Source: Dehalococcoidia bacterium (GTDB taxonomy: Bacteria > Chloroflexota > Dehalococcoidia > Bin125). From it: DNA of 64,000 nt. The translations under genes and the position numbers were made by a program. This document shows positions 49,967-60,725 of this stretch, one piece after another. Within the stretch, counting starts at the first letter, position 1, and every line of letters starts with the position of its first letter. The stretch covers positions 64,001 through 128,000 of the forward strand of contig CAXXRD010000005.1 in NCBI GenBank assembly GCA_963663895.2, written 5' to 3'. The notes under the pieces are model-generated. The model did not search any database, had not been told where the DNA came from, and saw only the letters and a program-made list of their open reading frames with translations.

Positions 49967-51939
49967 TTGTCCGTCGTGAGCGACGACATGCAGGAGGCCG
50001 CCGATAGGGCAGCGGCTGCTGCGGAAGGTGCGCCTGAGATCGCGCTGCCGGAGCAGGAGCGCGTCTACCGCGCGCCCGCGCGCTTCGGGCACGTGCCCGT
50101 TGCCGATGTGCCCAAGGGCTGGGACGCGCGCAACCCCGGCTTCCGCAACCACTACCCGAACGTACGGCTGCCGACGCAGGTGGTGGAGCGTGTCAGCCTC
50201 GGCGCGCCGGAGCTGGAGCCGAACCGCCTGATCTGGGGCGACAACCTGCATGTGATGCGCACGCTGCCCTCGGAGAGCGTCGACCTCATCTACATCGACC
50301 CGCCGTTCTTCTCGAACCGCGTCTACAACGTGATCTGGGGAGACGAGCACGAGGAGCGCTCGTTCTCCGACATCTGGGAGGGCGGCCTCGACGGCTACTT
50401 GATCTGGCTCAACGCCCGTCTCTACGAGATGAAGCGCCTGCTCAAGCCCAGCGGCTCGATCTACGTCCACTGCGACTGGCACGCCTCGCACTACATCAAG
50501 GTCGAGATGGATAAGGTCTTTGGATACGAGAATTTTCAGAACGAGATCGTCTGGCACTATGGGGGCCGAGGTGCCAAAGCTGTTGCGAAGAGATTCCCCC
50601 GGAATCATGATGTGGTGTTGTTTTACGCCATAGGAGATCGGCATCCGAGTTTCCATAGGCAGTATGCGGATCGCCTTGCTACACCAGAAGAGGCACGGCG
50701 TCGGGGCTTGCGCAAAGACACTGACGGTCGATGGTTCAAGACCGCTCCGAGGGGGGATTACACAGACGACTCCATACAACGGCTTGATGAAGAAGGGCGT
50801 ATACACCGAACGAGAACTGGCTCGATTCGTATCAAATACTTCCTCCGTGAAGAGAACGGGATGGTCGTAGAAGACGTCTTGGTCGGAGACACTTGGTCCG
50901 ACATCTCGGATGCTATGCATATTGGTAGCGAGCGTGTCGGCTACCCCACGCAGAAGCCTGAGGCGCTGATCGAGCGCATCATCCGGGCGTCCTCAAACGA
51001 GGGCGACTTGGTACTTGACATATTCGCGGGGGGGGCACTACAGGGGTGGTCGCTCAGCGGCTCGGCCGCCGCTGGATCATGTGCGACCAATCGCGCGTCG
51101 CGGTCGCCGTCACCGCCGAGCGGTGCAAGCACGCGGCGATCGAGCGCGCGCTCGGCGACGCGCCGCTGCCCGATTTCACGATCGAGCACTGGGGCGTCTA
51201 CGAGGCTGAACGTCTGGCGTCGCTCTCACTGGAACAGTTCCGCGCCTTCGTCCTCGACTGCTACGACGCCCGCCTCCCCAGCACGGATGAGGGTATCCAC
51301 GGTTACAAGGGCGCGTCGGCGCGCGTGCCGGTCTGGGTCGGCCCGCCTGCGCTGACCTCTACCGTCGACGCGGGCGACGTCAACGCCTTCGCGCAGGCGA
51401 TCGCGCGGCTCGACCGCTACCGTGGCGAGGAGGGGCTGCGCGACGGCGTGATGCTGGCGTGGGGATTCAGCCCCGGCGCGCGCCGTGCTGCCACGGAGCT
51501 GCGTGAGCGCGAGGGCGTCTCGCTCGCCTTCGTGCGCCTCGAACAGGTCCGCATCGACTCGCCCGACTTCCGCCGGCATATCGCCAGCCAGTCCACGGAG
51601 CGCGGCGACTACTCGCAGTTCCTCACCTTCGTCCAGCCGCCGCTGGTCGAGGTCGCGCACCGGCGGATGAAGCGACTGCATTACGAGTTCGATGCCGGCG
51701 ACACGCAACCGCAGAACGCGGACGCTTCGATCGTGAACGTGCAGTGGGATTTCGATTACGACGGACGCACCTTCCGCGCCGCGCGCGGGGAGTGGTTCCA
51801 CCGCAAGGGCAAGGGCGGTGCTCCCGTGCTCGATGCGCAGTACACGTTCCCCCGCGCGGGCTCGTTCCGCGTCGCCTGCCGCGTGCAGGACGACAAGGGC
51901 GGCGAGGGCGAGTGGAGCGGCGAGATCGCGGTGGAGTAG
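49967..51939 (+). CDS. Type III Mod-like adenine DNA methyltransferase with C-terminal REase-like and PKD-like domains; frameshift at G8 (51028-51035)
   Basis: GDNL, IYIDPPF, YPTQKPE.L..RII.ASS, DIFAG[GGTT] restored by one extra G; second frame continues to 51939. Confidence 0.85.
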
Positions 51940-51943
51940 CGCC

Positions 51944-53956
51944 GTGCAGAACGCCTTCCTTCCGCTTGAGGACGACTTCGCGCTCTGGGTCGAGAGCGGC
52001 TTCATGCCCTCCGAGCCCGCGACGCAGGACTATCTGCGCTTCCTCGCGGACCCGGACGACGAGCGGGAGCCGCGGCCGAACGGGCTGTGGCGCCACCAGT
52101 GGGAGGCGCTGCTACGTTTGATCTACGCGCGCGAGGTAGCGAATCGCGGCTTCTGGGAAGACGGCCTGTTGCTCAACGTCGTCACCGGCGGCGGTAAGAC
52201 GGCGCTGATCGCGGCGACGATGGTCTGGCTGCGGCTCGCCCACGACGTGCGGCGTTTTCTCATCCTCTGCCCCAACCTGATCGTGCGCGATCGCCTTGAG
52301 GGTGACTTTCGCAGCGGCAAGGTGTTCGCCGAGCGCGGCCTGATCCCTCCCGGCGCGATCGTCTCGTCGGACGATTTCGCGCTGACCACGCTCGGCGGGG
52401 CATCAAGGGCGACGGCGGGCGATCTCTTCGGCGCGAACGTCGTGCTCGCCAACATCCACCAGTTCTACCGTAGCAGCGCGACCGGCCGGCAGAATCTCTG
52501 GAGTCTGCTGGAGGCCGACCAGACGCCGTTCGCTCTCTTCAACGACGAGGCGCACAACACGCCCGCGCCGGAGTACGACGCCACGCTGCGAGACCTCCAC
52601 ACCCACGGCGGGTTCCGCTTTCGCCTCGACACCACTGCGACGCCGGATCGAGCCGACGGTAAGCCGGTCGACAGCCGCATGATCTACGAATACGACGTTC
52701 CCGCCGCGCTGCATGACCGCGTCATCGCGACCCCCGTCGTCTATCAACCCAACATCAAGACGGTCGAGTTGACCTACACCGACGCGGAAACGGGTGAGAC
52801 GCGCCGTGTTGAGGAGATCGATTGGGACGAGGTCGATCGCGCGGGTCTCAGCGCCACCCAGTGGGTGACCGACGACAAGCCGATGAGTCAGCAGATCAGC
52901 ATCGCGCTCAACCGTCTCGGCGAGGCCAAGCGCAACGCCAACGGCCGCTACCATCCGGTGCTCTTCGTCGTCGCCGTTTGCAAGGCCGACGCGCGGGTTG
53001 CGCAGCGAATGCTGGAACAGCGGTTTGGGCTGCGCGCGCTGCTCGTGACCGAGGACGAGGACGAGCAGGCCCGTATCGACGCCGCTGCGATCGGCAAGAG
53101 AGGTAAGTACGATGCCGTCGTCAGCGTTGCGATGCTGCGCGAGGGTTGGGACGTGCCAGAGGTCGCGGTGATCCTGCTGCTGCGCAAGTTCGGCAGCAAG
53201 GTCTACGGCCCGCAGGTGGTCGGTCGCGGGCTGCGCCGCGTCCGCCGGGACGGCATCGAGCCGGACGAGCCACAGATCTGCGCGATCGTTGATCATCCAA
53301 AGCTCGACCACGACTGGCTGTGGGAACTGCTGCGCGCCCGCGTGCGCAGTGATGTCGGCGTAGACCAACAGTTCGATGAGCGCGAGGAGGTCGGTGAGCC
53401 CCCGCCGCGCCAGGAGATCGTCAACCGCGATCTGCTTATCAGTATCCCTGAGCCGCAAGAGGACGAATCGGTGATCCTTGATCCGGTAACGGCTGAGCCA
53501 TCGCCGAAGCCAGCGCGCGACTGGCGCCAGCAGCTTGCCGCGCTCGCGTATGGGGCTGAGGCAGTAGAGATCACCGATGTGATGCTGAAGGGCGTCACAG
53601 GACAGGAACTCAGCCCGGGCGGCTGGACGCGGCACAAGAGAGCGCCTGCCGACATCGCCGCGGGCGAAGGCACGCAGCAGCTATCCGCCGACGAATTGCG
53701 CGAGCACATACGGGAACGTCTCCACCAGATCGCGGAACTAGCGACGATCGAGGCAGGCTATCCAGCGCCGCTGCGGCGGCACGTCTACCCGCCGCTGCTC
53801 GAACATCTCTCGGAGCGCTGGCTCGGCGGCGTGGCTATCCCCTTCGCGGAAGAGGACGCGCTGCGCGGTGCGGCGCGGTGGCTCCACCAACTGGAGGCCG
53901 CGCTGTTGGCGCGCACGGACATCGTCGGCGGGATGGTTGAGCATGGCGCTCGGTAA
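51944..53956 (+). CDS. SF2 helicase, Type III Res-like, without nuclease domain
   Basis: VTGGGKT, PNLIVRDRL, DEAH, TATP, MLREGWD, QVVGRGLR. Confidence 0.88.
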   Translation: MQNAFLPLEDDFALWVESGFMPSEPATQDYLRFLADPDDEREPRPNGLWRHQWEALLRLIYAREVANRGFWEDGLLLNVVTGGGKTALIAATMVWLRLAHDVRRFLILCPNLIVRDRLEGDFRSGKVFAERGLIPPGAIVSSDDFALTTLGGASRATAGDLFGANVVLANIHQFYRSSATGRQNLWSLLEADQTPFALFNDEAHNTPAPEYDATLRDLHTHGGFRFRLDTTATPDRADGKPVDSRMIYEYDVPAALHDRVIATPVVYQPNIKTVELTYTDAETGETRRVEEIDWDEVDRAGLSATQWVTDDKPMSQQISIALNRLGEAKRNANGRYHPVLFVVAVCKADARVAQRMLEQRFGLRALLVTEDEDEQARIDAAAIGKRGKYDAVVSVAMLREGWDVPEVAVILLLRKFGSKVYGPQVVGRGLRRVRRDGIEPDEPQICAIVDHPKLDHDWLWELLRARVRSDVGVDQQFDEREEVGEPPPRQEIVNRDLLISIPEPQEDESVILDPVTAEPSPKPARDWRQQLAALAYGAEAVEITDVMLKGVTGQELSPGGWTRHKRAPADIAAGEGTQQLSADELREHIRERLHQIAELATIEAGYPAPLRRHVYPPLLEHLSERWLGGVAIPFAEEDALRGAARWLHQLEAALLARTDIVGGMVEHGAR

Positions 53957-54293
53957 GCGCGGCAACTTCGAGAATCCTGGCAAGAGCGCGTGGAACTTCG
54001 AGGTCTACGACAGTGGTCTCGAACACCGCATGATGGAGCGCCTTGAGGCTGACCCCACCGTGCGCAAGTGGACGAAACGCCACGGCGTTTCGATCGGCTG
54101 GCTCGACTCGCGCCACCGCCGCCACACTTATCGCCCCGACTTCCTTATTGAGTACGTCGATGGCTCGCTCGCACTGATCGAGGTCAAAGGCGCGGGGCTG
54201 GTCGATTCGGAGGCTGTTCAGCGGAAGCGTCAGGCCGCTGAGTTGTGGTGCCGTCGCCGTGGCATGGAGTACTCGCTGGAGACCATCGGGTAA
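53943..54293 (+). CDS. Stand-alone PD-(D/E)XK (TnsA-like / Res C-terminal type) endonuclease
   Basis: YDSGLE...V.KW.K...YRPDFLI...IEVKG; overlaps the helicase 3' end by 14 nt. Confidence 0.8.
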   Translation: MALGKRGNFENPGKSAWNFEVYDSGLEHRMMERLEADPTVRKWTKRHGVSIGWLDSRHRRHTYRPDFLIEYVDGSLALIEVKGAGLVDSEAVQRKRQAAELWCRRRGMEYSLETIG

Positions 54294-54359
54294 TTGGCCT
54301 GATGCTGGACAACGCCAGCGCGATCTGTTCTAAGTCGTCTCGCAGCGCGGCTACGGGGG

Positions 54360-54665
54360 CTAGGCGGGATGCGCGGCTTCTAGGCAGGTGACGCCGGCAG
54401 CGCCGACGGTGGCGGCGTGCGGGGTGTCCATGGGGATGTCGAGGCGGTCGCCGGGGGCGAGGACGTGGTCGCCCGTATCCGTGTGGAAGGTGATGCCGCC
54501 GCGGATGCAGAAGAGAACTTTGTCGTAGGGATGGGCGTGCCAGTCGTAGCGGGTAGCCGCGGCGTTGGACCAAGCGTGCGGCGTCAGGGATTCCGCGGCG
54601 AAGGCGGCGCGCGCGGCGGCTTCCGGGCTTGGATTCCCTCGATATGACACGCGGCGGCTCCTCAC
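54360..54665 (-). CDS. Cupin domain protein
   Basis: WHAHPYDKVLFC..G.I.F and LAPGDRLDIP..TPHAA cupin motifs. Confidence 0.8.
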   Translation of the reverse strand: MRSRRVSYRGNPSPEAAARAAFAAESLTPHAWSNAAATRYDWHAHPYDKVLFCIRGGITFHTDTGDHVLAPGDRLDIPMDTPHAATVGAAGVTCLEAAHPA

Positions 54666-54805
54666 GCCGGCCGAGCATACCGTTCGAACGCATAGCGCCG
54701 CACATAGTTGTGCCCGGCCGGGGGATGAGCCGTACGAGCGCGCGCAGAGGCGCGTAGAATGAGCGTAGGAGGACGCCGGAGCCGCCGAGCCGGGGGGAGA
54801 GTGCC

Positions 54806-55420
54806 ATGTCTGCCGAGTCACCGCGTGTCGAATTCACGGAGGCAGCGAAGACCAAGCTGCGCGAGGTGATCGCGAATTACCCGGAGCCGGTCGCGGGGCT
54901 GCGCTTGAAGGTCGCCCGCCGAGGGCCCGAAGGCCTCGATCACCTGCTGACCATCGTTGAAGAGGGCACCGAGCCGGAGGGCGACGCGGTGGTCGATGCC
55001 GGCGGGATCACCGTATTCGTCGAGGGCGCGAACGTGTCCTATCTGGACGGCGTCTCGATCCACTATGAGGACAAGGGTCTTGGAGTGAGTGGCCTGGAGT
55101 TCGACAATCCGAATCCCACGTGGCTGGATCCGCTCGCCGCGCGGCTGCAGGAGCTGTTCGACGTGCACATCAATCCGCAGATCGCGGCGCACGGGGGCTA
55201 TGTGAGTCTTTTGGACGTGCAGGACAGGACCGCTTACATCGAGATGGGCGGCGGGTGCCAGGGGTGCGGCATGGCGAACGTCACGCTCAAACAGGGGATT
55301 GAGGTGGTGATTCGGGAAGAGATCCCGGAGATCGAACAGATCATCGATACGACCGACCACGCATCGGGGTCCAATCCCTACTACACGCCCTCCAAGGCGG
55401 GAGCCGGCGCGGCGAAGTAG
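54806..55420 (+). CDS. nfuA: Fe-S biogenesis protein NfuA-like (degenerate ATC domain plus NifU-C)
   Basis: INPQIAAHGG, MGGGCQGCGMA..TLKQGIE, DTTDH..G.NPYY. Confidence 0.9.
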   Translation: MSAESPRVEFTEAAKTKLREVIANYPEPVAGLRLKVARRGPEGLDHLLTIVEEGTEPEGDAVVDAGGITVFVEGANVSYLDGVSIHYEDKGLGVSGLEFDNPNPTWLDPLAARLQELFDVHINPQIAAHGGYVSLLDVQDRTAYIEMGGGCQGCGMANVTLKQGIEVVIREEIPEIEQIIDTTDHASGSNPYYTPSKAGAGAAK

Positions 55421-55451
55421 CCGCGGCCTTCGCGGCTCGGAGCCGCGCCCT

Positions 55452-56909
55452 ATGCGGGTTCTCCTCGCTTCGACGTACGAGTTGGGGCATCAGCCGCTCG
55501 GGCTGGCGTCGCCGGCGGCCGCCTTGCGGGCGGCGGGACACGAAGTCCGCTGCCTCGATCTGGCCGTGGAACGGCTGCCTGGGGCGGCGCTCACCGAAGC
55601 GGAACTCGTTGGCATCTCCGTGCCCATGCATACGGCCGCGCGGCTGGGCTTGGCCCTCGCGGCGCGGGTGCGGGCCCTGAGTCCGAGCGCCCATATCGTG
55701 CTGTACGGCCTCTACGCTTCGTCGCTGCACGCGCAGCTGCTGGGGCGCGGGGTCGTTGATTCGGTGGTGGGCGGTGAGTATGAGCCGGGGCTTGTGCGGC
55801 TCGCCCGCGCTCTCGCGGCGGGCGAGGCGGCGGCGGAGGGGATCGACGGCGTGGGCGTCGATCCGAGCTTCGCGCGAGGCGCCCAGATCGTGCCGGATCG
55901 TCGTGGACTGCCCCCCTTGCATCACTACGCGCGCCTCTCCCTGGGGAACAAGGGAGGCGAAGGCTCGCATGAGGGTGACTTGCGGCTGGCGGGCTACGTG
56001 GAAGCGAGCCGGGGTTGCGCGCATGTCTGCCGCCACTGTCCGATCACGCCGGTATACGACGGGCGTCTGCGGGTGGCGGCGATGGAGACGACGCTGGCCG
56101 ATATTGACCAGCTCGTCGCGATGGGCGCGCGGCATATCACCTTTGGCGATCCGGATTTCTTCAACGCCGTGTCCCGCTCGCTGGCCATCGTCGAGGAGAT
56201 GCGGCGCCGCCATGCGGACGTGACCTTCGACGCGACGGTGAAAGTCGAGCACCTGCTGGAGCATGCGGATCTGCTGCCGCGCCTGCGAGAGTTGGGCGGC
56301 TTGTTTCTGACCTCGGCGTTCGAGTCGACGAACGACGCCGTGCTGGCGCGGCTCGACAAGGGGCACACGCGCGCTGATATGGAGCGAGCCTTGGCACTGG
56401 TGCGAGACGCGGGACTGACGTTGCGGCCCACCTGGCTTCCGTTCACGCCCTGGGCAACAGCCGAGGACTTCTTGGAGCTGCTGGAGTTCGTCGAGCGCTG
56501 GGGACTGGTCGAGAGCGTACAGCCGGTGCAGCTTGCGCTGCGCCTGTTGGTCCCTCCGGGTTCGGCGTTGGTGGAGGCGTTGGAGGCGGATGGATTGCTC
56601 GGCGAGTACGACGAGGATGGACTGACCTATACATGGCGCGGCGTCGATCCGAGGGTGGAGGCCTTGCAGGCGGACGTGGCGACGATCGTTGAGAGCGCGG
56701 CTCATGAGCACGACCGGCGGGAATCCGCACTGGCGACGTTCACTGCGGTGAAGCGCGTGGCCTACCGGGCCGTGACCGGCGTGGACGGAGCGGTGGAGGT
56801 GGTTTCGCAACCGCCCGCCGTGGTGCCGGGGCTTACCGAGGCATGGTTCTGTTGAGCGGAGCCGACCGCGGAGCAGTTGGCTCCGCTCGAGGTCGCGGCA
56901 ACGGTTTAG
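55452..56909 (+). CDS. CUAEP-tail radical SAM selenoprotein (B12-binding-like N-terminal domain); TGA 56853-56855 likely Sec
   Basis: STYELGHQP, CAHVCRHC, LTEAWFC-TGA-AEPT; hairpin immediately after TGA; read-through ends at TAG 56909. Confidence 0.85.
56854..56888 (+). promoter_or_regulatory. Bacterial SECIS-like hairpin
   Basis: GAGCGGAGCCGAC pairs with GTTGGCTCCGCTC around CGCGGAGCA, starting within the UGA codon. Confidence 0.7.
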
Positions 56910-56965
56910 CGACCAACTCTACGCGCGGGCCTCAATGCGCGGCGCCTGCGGAAGATCCGGAAAGC

Positions 56966-58243
56966 TCACGGCGATGAGGGACGGCTCCGCTCGGCGGGCG
57001 AAGACGGACTGCCGGCGCTGCTCGTATCGAGTTCGAAAGTGAGCGCGGCGTGGGCCCGGCGCAGCGCCGCTTCCACGGCGCCGGGCGCCTCTCCGCGAGC
57101 GAAGATGAAGCCCGGATACTCGCCGCCTTCTGGTAGGGGGACGAGGCGTCTCCCCGCCGTGACGGTGATGAGGACCTCCGTGATCAAAGGTACCGCGCGT
57201 GCCTCGTCGACGCCGTGGACGGCTTGGAGGATTCCTTCCCCGGGGACGGGGATCATCATCACGCCCGATGCGAGCGAGTCGCGCTCCACGTTCGGCGCCT
57301 CGTCGAGCGCCTGTCGCAGCACGAGTTCCTCCAGGGAGGCACCGCCGGCGAAGGTGAGGGCGCGGGCGCAGTGCCCGCCGATCGTGCGCGCCGCGAGGTC
57401 GATCGGCCAGATACCGTCTTCGTTGATGCGGAGCTCGATGTGGACCGGGCCCGAATGGAGGCCGAGCGCGTGCGCGGCCCGGGCGGCGGTCGCGGCGATC
57501 GTCTCCTGCTCCTTCTGCGGTAGCCGCGATGGGGTGACGTAGATGGTTTCCTCGAAGTAAGGACCGTCCAATGGGTCCGGTTTGTCGAAGAGCGCGAGGA
57601 GTTGGAGGTCGCCGTGCTCCAGGAGTCCCTCAAGGGCGACCTCGGTGCCTGGGATGAACTCCTCGATCAAGACTCCCGCTGCCGCGTCGCCGCACTCGGC
57701 GGCGATTTCGGGGTTGGAGAGCAGAGCGCGAAGCCGCTGGAACGCGGCGACGAAGGTTGGCGGGTTGTCGGCGCGGATAACGCCACGGCTGCCCGACAAT
57801 GCAAGCGGCTTGAGGACACACGGGTAGGGCGCGCGTTCGGCTAGGACGGTGGGGTCGTCGCGGATGACGGCGGCGAGATACTTGGGCGAAGCCAGCCCGG
57901 CCTCGGCAAGCCGCCGCCGCAAGCTGAGCTTGTTGCGCGTCGCCAAGACGGCGTCGATGGGGTTGTGCGGGAGGTCCAGCCAGCGGGCGGCCCGGGAGGC
58001 GAGCGCGATGCCTTGGTCGTCGATGGCGAGGATGGCGTCGAGTGGATGGTCGTGGGCGAAAGCCGCGATCTGCTGTGGGCCGGCTTCGGGATCCTCATAG
58101 TCGACGTGGAGCATGCGAGCGGACGCGAGCGCGGGCGCGCGGTTGCTGCCGACTACGATCTCCGCGCCCAAGCGTTCGGCTGCGGCGAGAAAGGCGTCCG
58201 CGCGGTAGGTAGCGCTGGGTATGAGGAGCAGAACGCGCCGCAC
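56966..58243 (-). CDS. ATP-grasp domain ligase
   Basis: [42 protein letters not shown]. Confidence 0.88.
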   Translation of the reverse strand: MRRVLLLIPSATYRADAFLAAAERLGAEIVVGSNRAPALASARMLHVDYEDPEAGPQQIAAFAHDHPLDAILAIDDQGIALASRAARWLDLPHNPIDAVLATRNKLSLRRRLAEAGLASPKYLAAVIRDDPTVLAERAPYPCVLKPLALSGSRGVIRADNPPTFVAAFQRLRALLSNPEIAAECGDAAAGVLIEEFIPGTEVALEGLLEHGDLQLLALFDKPDPLDGPYFEETIYVTPSRLPQKEQETIAATAARAAHALGLHSGPVHIELRINEDGIWPIDLAARTIGGHCARALTFAGGASLEELVLRQALDEAPNVERDSLASGVMMIPVPGEGILQAVHGVDEARAVPLITEVLITVTAGRRLVPLPEGGEYPGFIFARGEAPGAVEAALRRAHAALTFELDTSSAGSPSSPAERSRPSSP

Positions 58244-58330
58244 TGGTCCATTGTAGCTGCGGGTAGCCGCGCGCTCACGGTAGGGTGCACGCCGCCGCAC
58301 GGTATGCTCGCGAGGGACGAAGGAGTGGCG

Positions 58331-60628
58331 ATGTCGATTGAGGCCGCTGCCGGCGCTACGACAATTTACATAAAGGGAATGCACTGTGCCTCTTGCGTGG
58401 TGCGAGTGGAAGAGGCCCTGCGCGGCGTTTCCGGCGTCGATGGGGTTGCGGTCAATCTGGTGAGCGAGTCGGCCACGGTGCAGCCGGCTGCGGGTGGAGT
58501 GGATGGCGCTGCGCTCGTCGCGGCGGTGCGGAACGCCGGGTACGAAATTCGCCGCCCGCCCGCCGAGGCGGCGGTGGAGGCGTGGGAGGGGGAGGAGCAG
58601 GCTCGAGAGCGGTCTGCGCTGCTGTGGAGCGCAATGGGGGCGCTGCTGCTCGGGTGGGCGACGTTCCTGGCGATGCAGGTCAACCGTTGGGCCGGGCTGA
58701 ACTTGGACCGCGACGCGCTGTTCATCACGATCTTCGTGGTGGCGACTCCCGTTCTGCTCTTGAGCGGGGAACGGATCTTTCGGGCCGCGTTAAAGGTCGC
58801 CAGACATGGGACATCCGATATGAACACGTTGATCACCGTGGGGGTGGCGGCGGCGTTCGGGTACAGCCTGGGGGCGACGTTCGCGGGCGGAGCTTTCGAG
58901 GAGGCGGGATTAAGGCGGGATGTTTTCTACGACACCGCGCTGATCATCGTTGGGTTCGTGCTGCTGGGGCGTTACCTGGAAGCGCGGGCGAAAGGGAAGA
59001 CCTCCTCGGCGATCCAGCGGCTGCTGAACTTGCGGCCGGCGCTGGCGCGGATCGTTCGCGAAGGACGGGAGATCGAGGTGCCCGCGGCGACGTTGCAGGT
59101 AGGGGACGTGTTCGTCGTCCGGCCTGGCGAACAGATCCCCACCGATGGGGAGGTAATAGCGGGGCTGAGCAGCGTCGACGAGTCGATGCTCACCGGCGAG
59201 AGCTTGCCGGTGGAGAAGGGCCCGGGAGGGCGGGTGTTCGGCGCGACGATCAACGGCACCGGGGCGCTGCGGCTGCGGGCGACGCAAGTGGGCGCCGAGA
59301 CGGCGCTGGCCCGAATCACGGCGCTTGTCGAAGCGGCGCAGGCGTCCAAAGCCCCGATCCAGCGGCTCGCGGATCGGATCGCCGGCGTCTTCGTGCCCGT
59401 GGTGATCGCCATCGCGCTAACGACGTTCTTTGTGTGGTGGGCGGCGGGCCCCGATCCGGCGCTCACCATCGCCACACTCAACGCGGTTGCGGTGTTGGTG
59501 GTTGCATGCCCATGCGCGCTCGGTCTCGCGACGCCGACGGCGGTGACGGCCGGCAGCGGCCGGGCGGCGCAGCAGGGGGTGCTCTTTCGGTCGGCCGAGG
59601 CATTGGAGGCGCTGCCGGGCGTCGAGATCGTTGCCTTTGACAAGACCGGCACGCTCACCGAGGGTCGCCCGGCGGTCGTGGAGGTGGGGCCGCTCGGCGG
59701 CTGGGACCGCGCGGCCGTGCTCCGTATGGCGGGTGCGGCGGGGCGGGACTCGGAGCATCCGTTGGCGCGAGCGGTGGCTGCGGCGTCGCCCCGTCCGCCG
59801 GACGAGATGCGGGTGGATGGGTTCGAGGCGGTGCTGGGCCGGGGCGCACGGGCGATCGTCGACGGACGGCGGGTCGTGTTGGGTAACGAAGCGTTCATGC
59901 GCGCGTCGGGGTGCGAGACCGCCGCTGCGCGGGAACCGGCGGCGCGGATGGCGGAGCGAGGGCTTACGCCCCTCTTCGTCGGCGTGGATTCCGAGCTTGC
60001 GGGGGTGATCGGGATGGGGGATGCGATCAAGCCGACGGCACGGCGGGCGATCGCTGCGGTGCGAGCGCTGGGGTTGCGGACGGGAATGCTCAGCGGCGAT
60101 CACTGCGCGACCGCGGAGGCCGTCGCCGCCGATCTCGGCATCGATACGGTGGCGGCGGAGCTGCTCCCGGATGAGAAGCTCGCGGCCATCGGAGGTTGGC
60201 AAGCGGCGGGTGCGCGCGTGGCGATGGTAGGAGATGGGATCAATGACGCGCCCGCCCTCGCACAGGCGGATGTCGGGATCGCCATGGGCCGGGGGGCGGA
60301 CGTGGCGATCGAATCCGGCGATGTCACATTGATGCGCGACGATCCTCGCGGCGTGGCGCGGGCGCTGATTCTGAGCCGCGCCACGATGCGGGTGATTCGT
60401 CAGAACCTAGCTTGGGCGTTCGTATACAACCTGCTGCTGATCCCGGTTGCGGCGGGGATCTTCTATCCGTTGTTCGAGGCGCTGGGATCCGTGCCGGGGG
60501 GACTCACATGGCTGTTGGGCGAGCGAGGCTTCTTCGAACCGATCGTGGCGGCCGTCGCGATGATGCTGTCCAGTCTGAGCGTGATGGTGAACTCGTTGCG
60601 GCTGCAGCGCTTGCACCTCGATCCATGA
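58331..60628 (+). CDS. copA: Copper-translocating P1B-type ATPase
   Basis: [41 protein letters not shown]. Confidence 0.95.
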   Translation: MSIEAAAGATTIYIKGMHCASCVVRVEEALRGVSGVDGVAVNLVSESATVQPAAGGVDGAALVAAVRNAGYEIRRPPAEAAVEAWEGEEQARERSALLWSAMGALLLGWATFLAMQVNRWAGLNLDRDALFITIFVVATPVLLLSGERIFRAALKVARHGTSDMNTLITVGVAAAFGYSLGATFAGGAFEEAGLRRDVFYDTALIIVGFVLLGRYLEARAKGKTSSAIQRLLNLRPALARIVREGREIEVPAATLQVGDVFVVRPGEQIPTDGEVIAGLSSVDESMLTGESLPVEKGPGGRVFGATINGTGALRLRATQVGAETALARITALVEAAQASKAPIQRLADRIAGVFVPVVIAIALTTFFVWWAAGPDPALTIATLNAVAVLVVACPCALGLATPTAVTAGSGRAAQQGVLFRSAEALEALPGVEIVAFDKTGTLTEGRPAVVEVGPLGGWDRAAVLRMAGAAGRDSEHPLARAVAAASPRPPDEMRVDGFEAVLGRGARAIVDGRRVVLGNEAFMRASGCETAAAREPAARMAERGLTPLFVGVDSELAGVIGMGDAIKPTARRAIAAVRALGLRTGMLSGDHCATAEAVAADLGIDTVAAELLPDEKLAAIGGWQAAGARVAMVGDGINDAPALAQADVGIAMGRGADVAIESGDVTLMRDDPRGVARALILSRATMRVIRQNLAWAFVYNLLLIPVAAGIFYPLFEALGSVPGGLTWLLGERGFFEPIVAAVAMMLSSLSVMVNSLRLQRLHLDP

Positions 60629-60725
60629 TGCGCGGGGGATCCCCGCGGACGGTCTGAAGATCGCCCCATAGCGGCTCCGGTGGCGGGAGAGAGAGGCGAA
60701 GCGTCGCGGGCCTTTGGGGCCGGCT

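Noticed and set aside
53943-54293. Tn7-like transposon implied by the TnsA-like nuclease
   Set aside because: No TnsB/TnsC/TniQ genes or terminal repeats; context is Mod/Res
44699-54300. Genomic island anchored at tRNA-Gly carrying the RM locus
   Set aside because: No integrase and no duplicated tRNA 3' end found; intervening genes have host-like composition
12335-60628. Selenocysteine read-through at other TGA stops (rsmG, mobA, ltaE, copA)
   Set aside because: These proteins appear complete at the stop, with no Cys/redox context suggesting recoding
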